Assembly: GCA_963745025.1 (NCBI GenBank)
Contig: CAVUWD010000013.1
Location: 224,001-288,000, forward strand
Direction: 5' to 3'
DNA: 64,000 nucleotides
Source of the DNA: an uncultured delta proteobacterium
GTDB taxonomy: Bacteria > Desulfobacterota > Binatia > JACPRU01
Numbering within the stretch: position 1 is the stretch's first letter; every line of letters begins with the position of its first letter. Under the pieces are notes generated by a model. The model was given only the letters and a program-made list of their open reading frames with translations, did no database searches and was not told the origin of the DNA. The position numbers and the translations under genes were made by a program. Below, piece after piece: positions 30,240-40,678 of this stretch.

Positions 30240-30518
30240 TCAATGCTCGTAGCCCGTGTGCGGGCATCCAGCTTCGGCAGCGGCGTCGAGCACGCGGTGG
30301 CCTCGAGCAATCAGCGCTGCCACAAGACCCTCGAGGCTGGGCGTGCGGACGCGCAGTCGGTACGCTCCGTTCTGCATGGGATCCTTTGCTGGCGCGGTCG
30401 CCACGAGGTCGCCTCCCTCGTCGCGGATGATCGTCGAGACTTCCGATAGCGATAGTCGCCCGCGCGATGGTCGGACGACGATCGTCTCGACGGTGCCGAT
30501 CGCGTCTGCGACGATCAT
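30240..30518 (-). CDS. stand-alone ACT-like domain protein
   Basis: Alternating beta/alpha pattern LSEVSTIIRDEGGDL..YRLRV..LVAALIARGHRV, resembling the AcuB C-terminus; GAGGAG RBS. Confidence 0.5.
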   Translation of the reverse strand: MIVADAIGTVETIVVRPSRGRLSLSEVSTIIRDEGGDLVATAPAKDPMQNGAYRLRVRTPSLEGLVAALIARGHRVLDAAAEAGCPHTGYEH

Positions 30519-30531
30519 CCGATTCTCCTCT

Positions 30532-30870
30532 TCACACGACCGCGTCCTCTGCGGCGGCGAGCACGAACTCGAAAGCCGCCGTCGCCTGAGCGAGCTTCTG
30601 CACCGCGAGTGACGCAAACTCCGTACCGAGGTCGATGGCTTTGTTGGGATTGTAGCGTTCGAGCGCCGCACGGTAGGCGTTCTCGAGCTCGACGCGACTC
30701 GCGCCCGGTCTTACGCCGAGCAGCGCGAAAGCATGCGCTAGCGCAGAGAGCGGCCCGAGCCCGAGACGGTCGAGTTGCTGCGCAGCGGACAACTCATTCG
30801 GGGTGATCCTGCCATCGGCGGCCGTCATCGCGACCGCGAGCCGGACGATCATTCTTCGCGGGTCTCCCAC
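30532..30870 (-). CDS. truncated TerB + degenerate J-domain protein (DjlA-like, internally deleted)
   Basis: AADGRITPNE (TerB start) joined to AFALLGV...AYR...YNPNK (HPD replaced by NPN). Confidence 0.6.
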   Translation of the reverse strand: MGDPRRMIVRLAVAMTAADGRITPNELSAAQQLDRLGLGPLSALAHAFALLGVRPGASRVELENAYRAALERYNPNKAIDLGTEFASLAVQKLAQATAAFEFVLAAAEDAVV

Positions 30871-30882
30871 GCCGCTTCGTGA

Positions 30883-30898
30883 AGCGAGCGGCGTGCCA
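30883..30898 (-). promoter_or_regulatory. sigma-54 promoter
   Basis: Minus strand TGGCACGCCGCTCGCT; GTG 14 nt after -12; palindromes at 30938 (TTCTCA-TTCC-TGGCAA) and 30970 (CTCTCG-GACT-TCGGAA). Confidence 0.65.
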
Positions 30899-31021
30899 CG
30901 CGATTTCCGGAGTTTTTCTATGGTTTTGCCAGAACTCTTCTCATTCCTGGCAAATCTCGCGATGCGATTCTCTCGGACTTCGGAATTGGCGAGGAGAGGG
31001 GCGGCGCCGGCGCTCCGAGCG

Positions 31022-31510
31022 TCAAGCGATGCGTCGCGCGCGCCGGCGCGTCCGTTTTTGCGTACGAACGCTCGTGGCCGGCAGCGTCAACACCGGGCAG
31101 CGCGCGCCGCGCAGGACGCGCTCCGCCACGCTTCCGAGAAAAAGGTGGGATAGCCCGCTGCGCCCATGCGTCGCCATCATGATCAAATCGGCGCCAAGCC
31201 GCACCGCGGTGTCGACGATGGCCGCCGCAGCCGTGCCGTTGACGAGGACGCTCCGGCAGCGAATGCGGCGCCTCTTTCTGAGGCGCTCGAGCCGAAGCGC
31301 CAAACCCTGCCGAGCACCGCGCTGCAGTTCTTCCATGACGTTGGCGACCGCCGAAGCGCCGAACAGGTCGCCCGCCAACACGACGGGCTCGACCGCGTGG
31401 AGCAGCACGACCTCCGACCCGAGGGTACGAGCCAACTCGACCGCCTGCTCCGCGCAGCCGTCGGAGATTTCGGAGAAGTCCGTGGGCACAAGAATCCGTC
31501 GAATCTTCAT
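31022..31510 (-). CDS. universal stress protein
   Basis: [26 protein letters not shown]. Confidence 0.93.
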   Translation of the reverse strand: MKIRRILVPTDFSEISDGCAEQAVELARTLGSEVVLLHAVEPVVLAGDLFGASAVANVMEELQRGARQGLALRLERLRKRRRIRCRSVLVNGTAAAAIVDTAVRLGADLIMMATHGRSGLSHLFLGSVAERVLRGARCPVLTLPATSVRTQKRTRRRARRIA

Positions 31511-31543
31511 GCCAATCTCCTGCGAGGGGGGGCTCGATGGCTC

Positions 31544-31993
31544 CTATCGGCTCGCACCAGCACGCACCGTGAGCACGGGACAACCCGCGCTCCGTACCAC
31601 ACGCTCGGCGACGCTGCCGAGCAAGAGCCGCCCGACGCCGTGGCGGCCTTCGGTCGCCATCACGATCAGATCGGCGGAGCTTCGCTTGGCGAGATCGACG
31701 ATGGCGCTCCACGCCGCTCCGATTTTGAGCTCAGTGCGGCAGTGGACCCGTCGCCGACGGAGGTCGGCGGCCAGCTGGGCGAGGCGGCGCTGGGCGGCAC
31801 GCTCCTGCTCCTCGCGAAACCTGTCGAGGTCGACCGCGGAGCCGATCATCGGTGCGTACGTCACGGCTTCGACGACGTGGACGATTTCGAGACGGGCCTT
31901 CAACATGCGGGCTAGATCCACCGCGTAACGCAGGGCCGCGAGCGACGGCTCGGAGAAGTCTACCGGGACTAGAATGCATTTGATCTTCGGCAA
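31544..31993 (-). CDS. universal stress protein
   Basis: [26 protein letters not shown]. Confidence 0.93.
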   Translation of the reverse strand: MPKIKCILVPVDFSEPSLAALRYAVDLARMLKARLEIVHVVEAVTYAPMIGSAVDLDRFREEQERAAQRRLAQLAADLRRRRVHCRTELKIGAAWSAIVDLAKRSSADLIVMATEGRHGVGRLLLGSVAERVVRSAGCPVLTVRAGASR

Positions 31994-32032
31994 GGCTTTC
32001 CCTACACAGAATCAACCGTCGGGTAATCTATC

Positions 32033-32183
32033 CGCAAATCACATGCCACGATCTGGCCCTGCGATCGAGGCAACTTCATGTGCGTTTTTCTCGTCGCTGA
32101 GAACGTCTCCAAGCGTGTTTCTCAGAACTGGTTACCCCGGCGCTTGGAAAGCGAGGTGCGTCCGGTCTGGCAGTCCAATTGCA
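32033..32183. promoter_or_regulatory. divergent sigma-54 promoters sharing a central enhancer pair
   Basis: Minus TGGCATGTGATTTGCG (32033-32048); TTCTCG-TCGC-TGAGAA (32088) and TTCTCA-GAAC-TGGTTA (32119); plus TGGCAGTCCAATTGCA (32168-32183). Confidence 0.7.
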
Positions 32184-32210
32184 AGGCTTGATTGGCAGGG
32201 AGTAAAGGTC

Positions 32211-32657
32211 ATGCACGAATTTCTCGAATACCGCGTGAGCGACTTCATGAGTCGTAACGGCGTCATGGTGGGGTCCAAGACCCCGCTTAAGGAGGCGGAG
32301 CGACTTTTCGAGCGGCACGACTTCAACCTGCTTCCCGTCGTCGAGGGTCGGCGCTTGGTGGGAGTGCTGACCAAGCTGGACTTCCTGAAGGCGTTCAGCT
32401 TCGGCCCAGATCGGCTGGTGCCGCATTACCAGGAGATCCTTGAACAACAGGTTGGTGCGTTCATGATGCGAAATCCCATGACCGTGTCGCCTGACATGCC
32501 ACTCACCAAAGTGCTCGAGAAGATCGTCGCGACTCGTTACCGATCCTTCCCCGTCGTCGAGGGTGACACGCTGGTGGGCATCATCTCCCGCGAGGACGTC
32601 GTCACGGCGCTCCGCCGCGCCGCCGCATCCAAAGCCACCGCCGCGCGGCCCGCCTGA
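32211..32657 (+). CDS. CBS-pair protein
   Basis: LLPVVEGRRLVGVLT; SFPVVEGDTLVGIISRED. Confidence 0.9.
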   Translation: MHEFLEYRVSDFMSRNGVMVGSKTPLKEAERLFERHDFNLLPVVEGRRLVGVLTKLDFLKAFSFGPDRLVPHYQEILEQQVGAFMMRNPMTVSPDMPLTKVLEKIVATRYRSFPVVEGDTLVGIISREDVVTALRRAAASKATAARPA

Positions 32658-32738
32658 AACGGCTTCCGCAGGCGGGCTACCGGCGACCGACTACCGCAAA
32701 AGCCCATGGTGTCTTTGGCGGTAGCCGGTAGCCGTTTC

Positions 32739-34403
32739 TCAGAAGAACGTGAATCCCGGAGACAGCAGTTTCGGCGGGATGTGCCGCACGAGGAATGGCC
32801 CGTACGCCATCGCGATCAGCACCAGCACGGTCACGACACTGTAACGCAGCCGGTCGAGGTGGACCTCCCAGCCGCTCGCTGGTGGGCCTTCGATCGTCTC
32901 GGTAAATGGAATGTCGACGCCCTCGCTCTTCTCGCCGAAGACGACCGTCATCGCCAGAACGAAGAAACACGCCATCGCGCTGACGAACATCATCGTACCG
33001 CCCACGCCCGTGAGGATTGCCGGGAGGCGCCAATCGGCCTTGTAATAGGGCGCGGCGAGCACCAGCGTGCGCCGCGGCATGCCCAACAGGCCGCCCGAGA
33101 TCATGCCGCGGGCGAAGATCAGCACGCCGACGAAGTAGATCCAGCCCTGCCAGCACGCGAGCCGTGAGCCCCAAAGCCGCCGCTCGCTGAGGTAGGGAAC
33201 CAACCAATACGCGATGCCCATGACCGACAACGCCACCGCGGCGCCGACGGTGAGGTGGAAGTGGCCGGGGATGAACGCGGTGTTGTGGACGACCTGGTTC
33301 ATGCTGAAGCTCGCGTTCATCAGCCCCGTGATGCCGCCCAGCATGAACGCCAGCATGGCGAGCACCTGCGCCGAAAGCGCCGGGTCGTGCCACGGGATCT
33401 TCAGGAACCACGCCGCTAGCCCCTGGCCGCCGCGACGGCGAGCGCCGATCTCGAGCGCGTACATGACCGAGAAGGCGGTGGCTAGGCTCGGGAAGAAGAC
33501 CGCGAAGGTGAGCACGGCGTGGGCGAACTTCATATGACCCGAGATACCGGGATCGGTGAATTGGTGGTGGAAGCCGACCGGGATCGACAGCACGATGAAC
33601 ATCAGAAAAACGACGCGCGTGAGCGTATCGCTGAAGAGCTTCCCGCCCGCGAGCTTCGGCACCATCGCGTACCACGACACGTAGATCGGCAAGAGCCAGA
33701 AGTAGACGATCGGGTGGCCGCTGTACCAGAAGAGCGTGCGGCTGAGCAGCGGATCCGCACCGGGGAGGAGCCCGAGCGACCACGGAAGCAACAGAAACAC
33801 GACCTCGACCGCGATGCCGATCGAAGCGATGTCCCACATCACGTACGTCGCAACCGACAGGAAGGCGAGAAGCGGGATGCGCTCGCCTGGATTGTCTCGC
33901 CGCCAGCCGCGCAGCATCACGAGCTGCGTGGCGGACGTCACCCACGTGCTGACGACGAGGAGCGCCAGCCCGAGGTAGAACGTCCAGTGGGCCTGTAGCG
34001 GCGGATAGAACGTGAAGAGCACGCTCGCCCGTCCCGAGAACATCGCGAAGGCGGCGAGCAGCGAGCCGAGGACGAGGCAGGCGAACATCGCGATCATCAA
34101 GCCCTCGTTGCACTTCCGTCCGAGCCCGCGCGCGGTGGTGAGCAGCAAGAACCCGTTCGAGAACGAGAACGTGAACACGATTGCGTTGAAGACGCCGTGG
34201 ACCGTCAACCCCTGGTAGTACGTGCGCATGCCCGGAAAGAACTGCAGGATGTTGACGCCCGCGTAGTTCAGAGCCTGGCCGAGCCCGTTGATGACGCCGA
34301 CGGCGAGGGCCGCGAGGCCGAAATAGATCGTCCAGCGGATGACCGCCCGCTGCGAATCGGGCAGCGCGAAGCCCTTCGGATCATGAACCACCGGTGTGCT
34401 CAT
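32739..34403 (-). CDS. cbaA: B-family (ba3-type) heme-copper oxidase subunit I
   Basis: YYQGLTVHG, GHPIVYFWLLPIYVSWY, GFHHQF, PSLATAFS, GHFHLTV, GMPRR. Confidence 0.92.
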   Translation of the reverse strand: MSTPVVHDPKGFALPDSQRAVIRWTIYFGLAALAVGVINGLGQALNYAGVNILQFFPGMRTYYQGLTVHGVFNAIVFTFSFSNGFLLLTTARGLGRKCNEGLMIAMFACLVLGSLLAAFAMFSGRASVLFTFYPPLQAHWTFYLGLALLVVSTWVTSATQLVMLRGWRRDNPGERIPLLAFLSVATYVMWDIASIGIAVEVVFLLLPWSLGLLPGADPLLSRTLFWYSGHPIVYFWLLPIYVSWYAMVPKLAGGKLFSDTLTRVVFLMFIVLSIPVGFHHQFTDPGISGHMKFAHAVLTFAVFFPSLATAFSVMYALEIGARRRGGQGLAAWFLKIPWHDPALSAQVLAMLAFMLGGITGLMNASFSMNQVVHNTAFIPGHFHLTVGAAVALSVMGIAYWLVPYLSERRLWGSRLACWQGWIYFVGVLIFARGMISGGLLGMPRRTLVLAAPYYKADWRLPAILTGVGGTMMFVSAMACFFVLAMTVVFGEKSEGVDIPFTETIEGPPASGWEVHLDRLRYSVVTVLVLIAMAYGPFLVRHIPPKLLSPGFTFF

Positions 34404-34867
34404 TCCACGACCACCTTTCCGAACATCAGATGATGACCGACGCCGCAGTACTCGTGACAGATGAGCAGGTGCTCGCCGCGATCCTCGAAACGATATTCGA
34501 GTTCGGTGATCTCACCGGGGATGAGCATCGCGTTCAGTCGCGTGCCCTCGATCAAGAAGCCGTGAATCACGTCCGCCGACGTGGCGCGGAAGCGCACGTT
34601 GGTGCCGGCGGGGACGTGGATTTCGTTCGGCTCGTACGCCCATGCGTGACCGACCAGGACGACCTCGTAACGACCCGGCGCAACTTGGCGAACGCCAGGC
34701 GAGTCGAAGGGCGGCGTCTGGCGGACGGTCCGGGGGTCGACGCCGCCAGAGTGACCGGGGAGATGAATGCCCATGCCGATCGCAGCGTAGGCCAGAGCGG
34801 CGAGGAAGATCACCAATAGCGCTGCGCCGAATGAAAGAAAGATCTTCTCGTAACGTTGTGGGTCCAT
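34400..34867 (-). CDS. cbaB: ba3-type oxidase subunit II (CuA)
   Basis: Single TM; DVIHGF..CHEYCGVGHHLM. Confidence 0.92.
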   Translation of the reverse strand: MDPQRYEKIFLSFGAALLVIFLAALAYAAIGMGIHLPGHSGGVDPRTVRQTPPFDSPGVRQVAPGRYEVVLVGHAWAYEPNEIHVPAGTNVRFRATSADVIHGFLIEGTRLNAMLIPGEITELEYRFEDRGEHLLICHEYCGVGHHLMFGKVVVE

Positions 34868-34870
34868 TCG

Positions 34871-34999
34871 TCACCTAGACAGCATGATCAAGTACATCGC
34901 GCCCCACATGCCGGCGAGGGCCGCGAGGTAGAGCGTCATCAGAAAGAGGGTGCCCGTCGGCGGCGGCAGGTCTTCTTCCGGTTCGTGTTCCTGATTCAT
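34871..34999 (-). CDS. ba3-type oxidase subunit IIa (42 aa)
   Basis: Manual translation MNQEHEPEEDLPPPTGTLFLMTLYLAALAGMWGAMYLIMLSR*; P.GT...W...Y pattern immediately upstream of subunit II. Confidence 0.75.
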   Translation of the reverse strand: MNQEHEPEEDLPPPTGTLFLMTLYLAALAGMWGAMYLIMLSR

Positions 35000-35220
35000 C
35001 GCGGTACTCCCTTCATGACGCGTGCGAGGATGAGTGCCGTGCCTGCGAACGCGAGCGAGGCAGCGAACCCACGGAGCAGCGAGCCGGTCTCAATGTTGCC
35101 GTTCAACACTTCGCTGAGCTCATGCCACGCAATCATGGCGAGCGGAGCGGCGATGATCAGGAACGCAGCGAGATAGGCGATTAGAAGAAAACTTTGAGGC
35201 GAGAAGCCGTTCTGCCGCAT
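34996..35220 (-). CDS. small two-TM protein heading oxidase operon
   Basis: Two hydrophobic helices; ATGA overlap with subunit IIa. Confidence 0.65.
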   Translation of the reverse strand: MRQNGFSPQSFLLIAYLAAFLIIAAPLAMIAWHELSEVLNGNIETGSLLRGFAASLAFAGTALILARVMKGVPR

Positions 35221-35266
35221 TCCATCGCTCTCCGAGTACGACCGTTTACGAACAACGGGTTAAGCC

Positions 35267-35282
35267 CGCAAGTGGTATGCCT
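35267..35282 (-). promoter_or_regulatory. sigma-54 promoter
   Basis: Minus strand AGGCATACCACTTGCG; palindrome TTCCCA-AAAG-CGAGAG at 35327. Confidence 0.6.
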
Positions 35283-35388
35283 TCCTTTATGGCTGGCTGA
35301 TTTTCGGCAGCTTGGGCAAATCCCTATTCCCAAAAGCGAGAGGCAGCGGCCGACTGTATCTGCATATTGCGAAGTCAGCCCGTGGCGA

Positions 35389-35577
35389 TCATGCGAGAGG
35401 CACGGTTCCGCCATCGGAGGCCACTTCCACCTCGCTAGCCAAGACGTGCGCGGACAAGCTGTGCGAGGCTCTCGGCGGCTTCAGGCTCGCCCGATTGCCC
35501 GTGCAGAGCACGTATTTCGAGCCGGTGACGGTGCCGGCGCCACCCGCGAACCGAAGCGACGGCGGGCCTTGGCTCAT
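35389..35577 (-). pseudogene. N-terminal remnant of MBL-fold beta-CASP ribonuclease
   Basis: SLRFAGGAGTVTGSKYVL, then similarity is lost before any HxHxDH motif. Confidence 0.65.
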
Positions 35578-35585
35578 CGACTCGC

Positions 35586-37016
<1,431 letters not shown>

Positions 37017-37031
37017 GGTCAATCAACTCCA

Positions 37032-37077
37032 TTCTTGATTCAGAGAATTCGTGTCGGAAAATTCTTGATATTGGGAA
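37032..37077. promoter_or_regulatory. tandem palindromes upstream of the regulator (candidate autoregulation)
   Basis: TTCTTG-ATTC-AGAGAA (37032) and TTCTTG-ATAT-TGGGAA (37062). Confidence 0.6.
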
Positions 37078-37081
37078 TTTT

Positions 37082-37516
37082 TCAATGGATCTGCCCACCG
37101 GGTACCTCCTTGAGAAATCCGGCCAACACCTGAAGGCAATCCGTCTCGGTCAGGAGTCCAACGAGTCTTCCGTTCTCGACCACAGGTAAGCACCCGAATT
37201 TCTTGGAGATCATCAAACGAACGGCCTCTTCCAGTGTGTCTTCAGGCGAAACCGTCGAAAGCTCCGTGCTCATCACCAAGCGAACTGGGATTGCCTTCAG
37301 CCAGTCGTGTTCGATCGATCGGCTGAGCTCGAGCACGGATGCGACGGACGCTTTCAAGAGATCTCGCTGGGTTACGAGACCGACGAGACGCCGATTGTCG
37401 GCCAATACCGGAAGATGACGAACGCGGCCGAGGGTCATGATGTCTTCGGCGACGTCTAGAGAATCTTCGAGGCCGAGAGTGGCGACTTCCTTCTGCATGA
37501 TCTCCCGAACTTTCAT
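37082..37516 (-). CDS. CBS-pair protein
   Basis: VRHLPVL..GLVTQRD; FGCLPVVENGRLVGLLTETD; alternative GTG start 37549. Confidence 0.9.
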   Translation of the reverse strand: MKVREIMQKEVATLGLEDSLDVAEDIMTLGRVRHLPVLADNRRLVGLVTQRDLLKASVASVLELSRSIEHDWLKAIPVRLVMSTELSTVSPEDTLEEAVRLMISKKFGCLPVVENGRLVGLLTETDCLQVLAGFLKEVPGGQIH

Positions 37517-37561
37517 CGTAGCTGATCCTTTCGGGCGCGGATGCGCCACGAGCTTCTTCCT

Positions 37562-37577
37562 AGCAACCTTCGTTCCG
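37562..37577 (-). promoter_or_regulatory. sigma-54 promoter
   Basis: Minus strand CGGAACGAAGGTTGCT. Confidence 0.55.
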
Positions 37578-37777
37578 AGGCGGTGGAGGGCTGAGATCCG
37601 CTGTCGGCGCCTAACCTTAGGAGCGAAAATACTTAAACCCGTAGAGCGTGCCGAGCCCGCACCCGACTTGGCCGCCACGAGCTTCTAGGCGCCTCGCGCG
37701 CCTCCAAAGACGGCTCCGCGACTCATCTGGCGCTTGCGACGCGTCCCAGTCGGGTGCGGGCTTGCGTTTGCTCTTCC

Positions 37778-40477
37778 CTACTGCGGGGCAACTCGGATCC
37801 GCGCGTCTACGGCGATCGCGCCCTTCGCCGGCTCGAGCACCTTGACCGGGTTCAGGTCGAGCTCGCGAATCTCGGGCACCAACTCGACGAGCGCCGACAC
37901 GCGCTCGATCACACCTACGAGGGCCTGGCGATCGCCAGCCGGCGCGCCGCGGTAGCCGTCGAGCAGCCGTGCCGAGCGCAGGCTGCCGACCATCTCGAGC
38001 GCGTCGAGATCGCTCACCGGCGTGAGCCGAAAGGCGACGTCGCGCAGGAGCTCGACGAGAATCCCACCGAGTCCGCAAACCAGCAGTGGACCGAAGACGG
38101 GGTCCATCGTGACGCCGACGAGCGCTTCGATGCCCCCGCGGATCTCGCGCTGAAGCAGTATGCCTTCGAAGCGAGCCCCGTGGGCTCGAGCACGTTCGGC
38201 GAGGGTGGAGGCGGCGCGGGCGACGTCCTCAGCCGAATCGAGGCCGAGGATCACGCCCCCGACCTCGGTCTTGTGGAGTACGTCCGGAGAGATCAGCTTT
38301 GCGACCAGCGGGTAGCCCATGCGCTCGGCGGCGGACGCGGCGTCTTCGAGGGTCACTCGCTCCGATGCGGCATGCCCGATCCCTGCTGCGCAGAGCACAG
38401 AGGCGACGTCTTCGGGAGTAAGCCACGCCGGGCTGCTGTCCGCCGCGATCGCGCGATCGATCACCGCGCGGATGCTGCTGGCCGCGAAACGTTCGAGCTC
38501 GAACATCTGGCCGGGCGGCCGCCGGCGCCAGCGCGAATAGCGCGAGGCTGCGGCTAGCGCGAGCGCGGCGTTCTCCGGGAATACGTAACAGGGAAGCGAA
38601 CCACGCTTGCCCTCGTGGAGCGACACCGGCGCACCTTGAGAGGAGATGTAGACGACGAGCACCGGCTTCTCCGGAGGCATCTCGGCGACGCCGCCTGCGA
38701 TACCCTTGCCGATCTCCTCTGGGACGCTGACCATCGTCGGCACGTGCGCGACGACGATCGCATCGACGTTCGGATCGGTCCCGACGGCGGCGATCGTTCG
38801 CGCGTAGTCCTCGGGGCTCGCCGAGGAGATCATGTCGATCGGGTTTCCGAGCGCGGCTTCCGCAGGTAGGAAGCCGCGGAGCTGGTCGAGGGTCTCTGGG
38901 GCAAGCGAAGGGAGCTCCAGACCGCGCGCTTCGCAGGTATCCGCCGCGAGGATCGCCGGTCCCCCGGCGTTGGAGATGATCGCGACTCTCGGCCCGGCCG
39001 GGATCGGCTGGGAGGAGAAGAACTCGATGACGTCGAACAGTTCCTCCATCGTGTTGGTACGAATCACGCCCGCTTGATCGAAGAGAGCATCGACGGCTAC
39101 GTCTAGCTCGGCGAGGGCCGCGGAGTGGCTCAACGCCGCGCGCGCCCCGGCCCTCGAACGACCCGACTTGACCGCTACGATCGGCTTTTGCCGCGCAACC
39201 TCGGGAGCGACCCGGGCGAACTTGCGGGGGTTTCCGAAGCTCTCCAGGTACAGGGCTATGACCCGAGTGCGCGGGTCCTCGGCCCAGTACGCGAGCAGAT
39301 CGTTGCTCGAGACGTCGGCCTTGTTGCCGACGGACACGAACGTCGAGAGCCCGAGGTTTCGGCCGCGTGCATAATCGAGCAGGGCGAGCCCGAGCGCCCC
39401 GCTCTGCGAGAGCATCCCGATGTTGCCGGCCGGCGGCCAAGGCGGCGCGAACGTGGCGTTCAGCAAGATGGCGGGATCCGTATTCAGCACGCCGAGGGAG
39501 TTGGGGCCGATCATCCGCATGCCCGAAGAGCGCACGAGATCACGCAGCCGATCCTGGGCGACACGTCCCTCGGGTGAGACCTCGGCGAATCCCGCCGAAA
39601 CGACGACGAGGCCGTGGACCCCCGCACGGGTCGCATCCAAGACCACGTCCTCGACGGCCCGAGCCGGAACGGCGACGATCGCGAGATCGACCGGTGCGCC
39701 GATCGCGGAGATACGCGGATACGCCGGCAGGCCTTCCACCTCGCATGCTGCAAGGTGAACCGGATAGAGCCGTCCGGTGAAGCCGCAGCGCTTCAGGTTG
39801 CGGACGAGCGCGTTGCCGATCGTGCCTCGGCGAGGGGACGCACCGACGACCGCGACCGAGGCAGGATTCAGGAACGGCCGAATGCTGCTTGCGACGGCGG
39901 AACGCTCCCGCGCGGCGCTTGCCTGATCGGCTTCTTCGGTGGCTTCCGTGGGGAAAGTGACGTAGAAAACGCCACCGTCGATCGCGCGCCGGACGCGAAA
40001 GCCGCTCGTGCCGAAGACTTCCAACATGCGGTTGTTCTCGCCGAGCACGTTGGCCTCGAACTCGTCGATGCCGTTGCCTCGGGCGATACGAGCGAGCTCT
40101 TCGAGGAGCAGCGTCGCGATGCCGCGGCCCTGATGCGCATCGGGGACCGCGAACGCCACCTCCGCGCGCTTCGGCTCGCCGCTCGCGGTCGGCACCACGA
40201 TGTAGCGGGCCACGCCGATGATCTGCTCCTCGCCCCGCTCCCGCAGCGTCGCCACTAGCGCCACGTGGCGAACGAAGTCGAGCTCGGTGAAGCGCCGGAG
40301 TTCGTCGTCGGTGAGCCGGAGCTTCGAGCCGAAGAACCGGAAGTAGACCGAGCGCGCGCTCAGCCGCTTGAAGTGGTCGACGAGCCGAGCCTTGTCGTCC
40401 GGGCGAATCGCGCGCAGGTGGATCGATCCACCGTCGCGCAGCACCGCATCCGCGGCGAATGTTCGCGCGTCGATCAA
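37778..40477 (-). CDS. GNAT + NDP-forming acyl-CoA synthetase-like fusion (Pat/PatA-type)
   Basis: N-terminal GNAT (AEVAFAV..HQGRGIAT), CoA-binding VAVVGAS, SQSGALG, SVGNKADV, ATP-grasp HKTEVGGV, ELDLNPV. Confidence 0.9.
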   Translation of the reverse strand: MIDARTFAADAVLRDGGSIHLRAIRPDDKARLVDHFKRLSARSVYFRFFGSKLRLTDDELRRFTELDFVRHVALVATLRERGEEQIIGVARYIVVPTASGEPKRAEVAFAVPDAHQGRGIATLLLEELARIARGNGIDEFEANVLGENNRMLEVFGTSGFRVRRAIDGGVFYVTFPTEATEEADQASAARERSAVASSIRPFLNPASVAVVGASPRRGTIGNALVRNLKRCGFTGRLYPVHLAACEVEGLPAYPRISAIGAPVDLAIVAVPARAVEDVVLDATRAGVHGLVVVSAGFAEVSPEGRVAQDRLRDLVRSSGMRMIGPNSLGVLNTDPAILLNATFAPPWPPAGNIGMLSQSGALGLALLDYARGRNLGLSTFVSVGNKADVSSNDLLAYWAEDPRTRVIALYLESFGNPRKFARVAPEVARQKPIVAVKSGRSRAGARAALSHSAALAELDVAVDALFDQAGVIRTNTMEELFDVIEFFSSQPIPAGPRVAIISNAGGPAILAADTCEARGLELPSLAPETLDQLRGFLPAEAALGNPIDMISSASPEDYARTIAAVGTDPNVDAIVVAHVPTMVSVPEEIGKGIAGGVAEMPPEKPVLVVYISSQGAPVSLHEGKRGSLPCYVFPENAALALAAASRYSRWRRRPPGQMFELERFAASSIRAVIDRAIAADSSPAWLTPEDVASVLCAAGIGHAASERVTLEDAASAAERMGYPLVAKLISPDVLHKTEVGGVILGLDSAEDVARAASTLAERARAHGARFEGILLQREIRGGIEALVGVTMDPVFGPLLVCGLGGILVELLRDVAFRLTPVSDLDALEMVGSLRSARLLDGYRGAPAGDRQALVGVIERVSALVELVPEIRELDLNPVKVLEPAKGAIAVDARIRVAPQ

Positions 40478-40678
40478 CGACCGCGAACTACAGGAAGACC
40501 TTTGGAAGCGAAAGAGCAGTCAGGAGTGCTGCGCCACGGATCGCTCCCGCTGGTCGCGAACCGGCTCCGGCCAGGCAGCCTGCCGAGCTAGCATCTGGCG
40601 ATACTGAGCCTATGATGCCTATGATGCAGTTACTGACACCGCCGCGCGGGACAGCGGCGATCCGATGATGAAGGCGCA

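Noticed and set aside
30089-30245. Small hydrophobic ORF upstream of the tandem USP
   Set aside because: Plausible TM peptide, but no convincing start codon after the GAGGAGG
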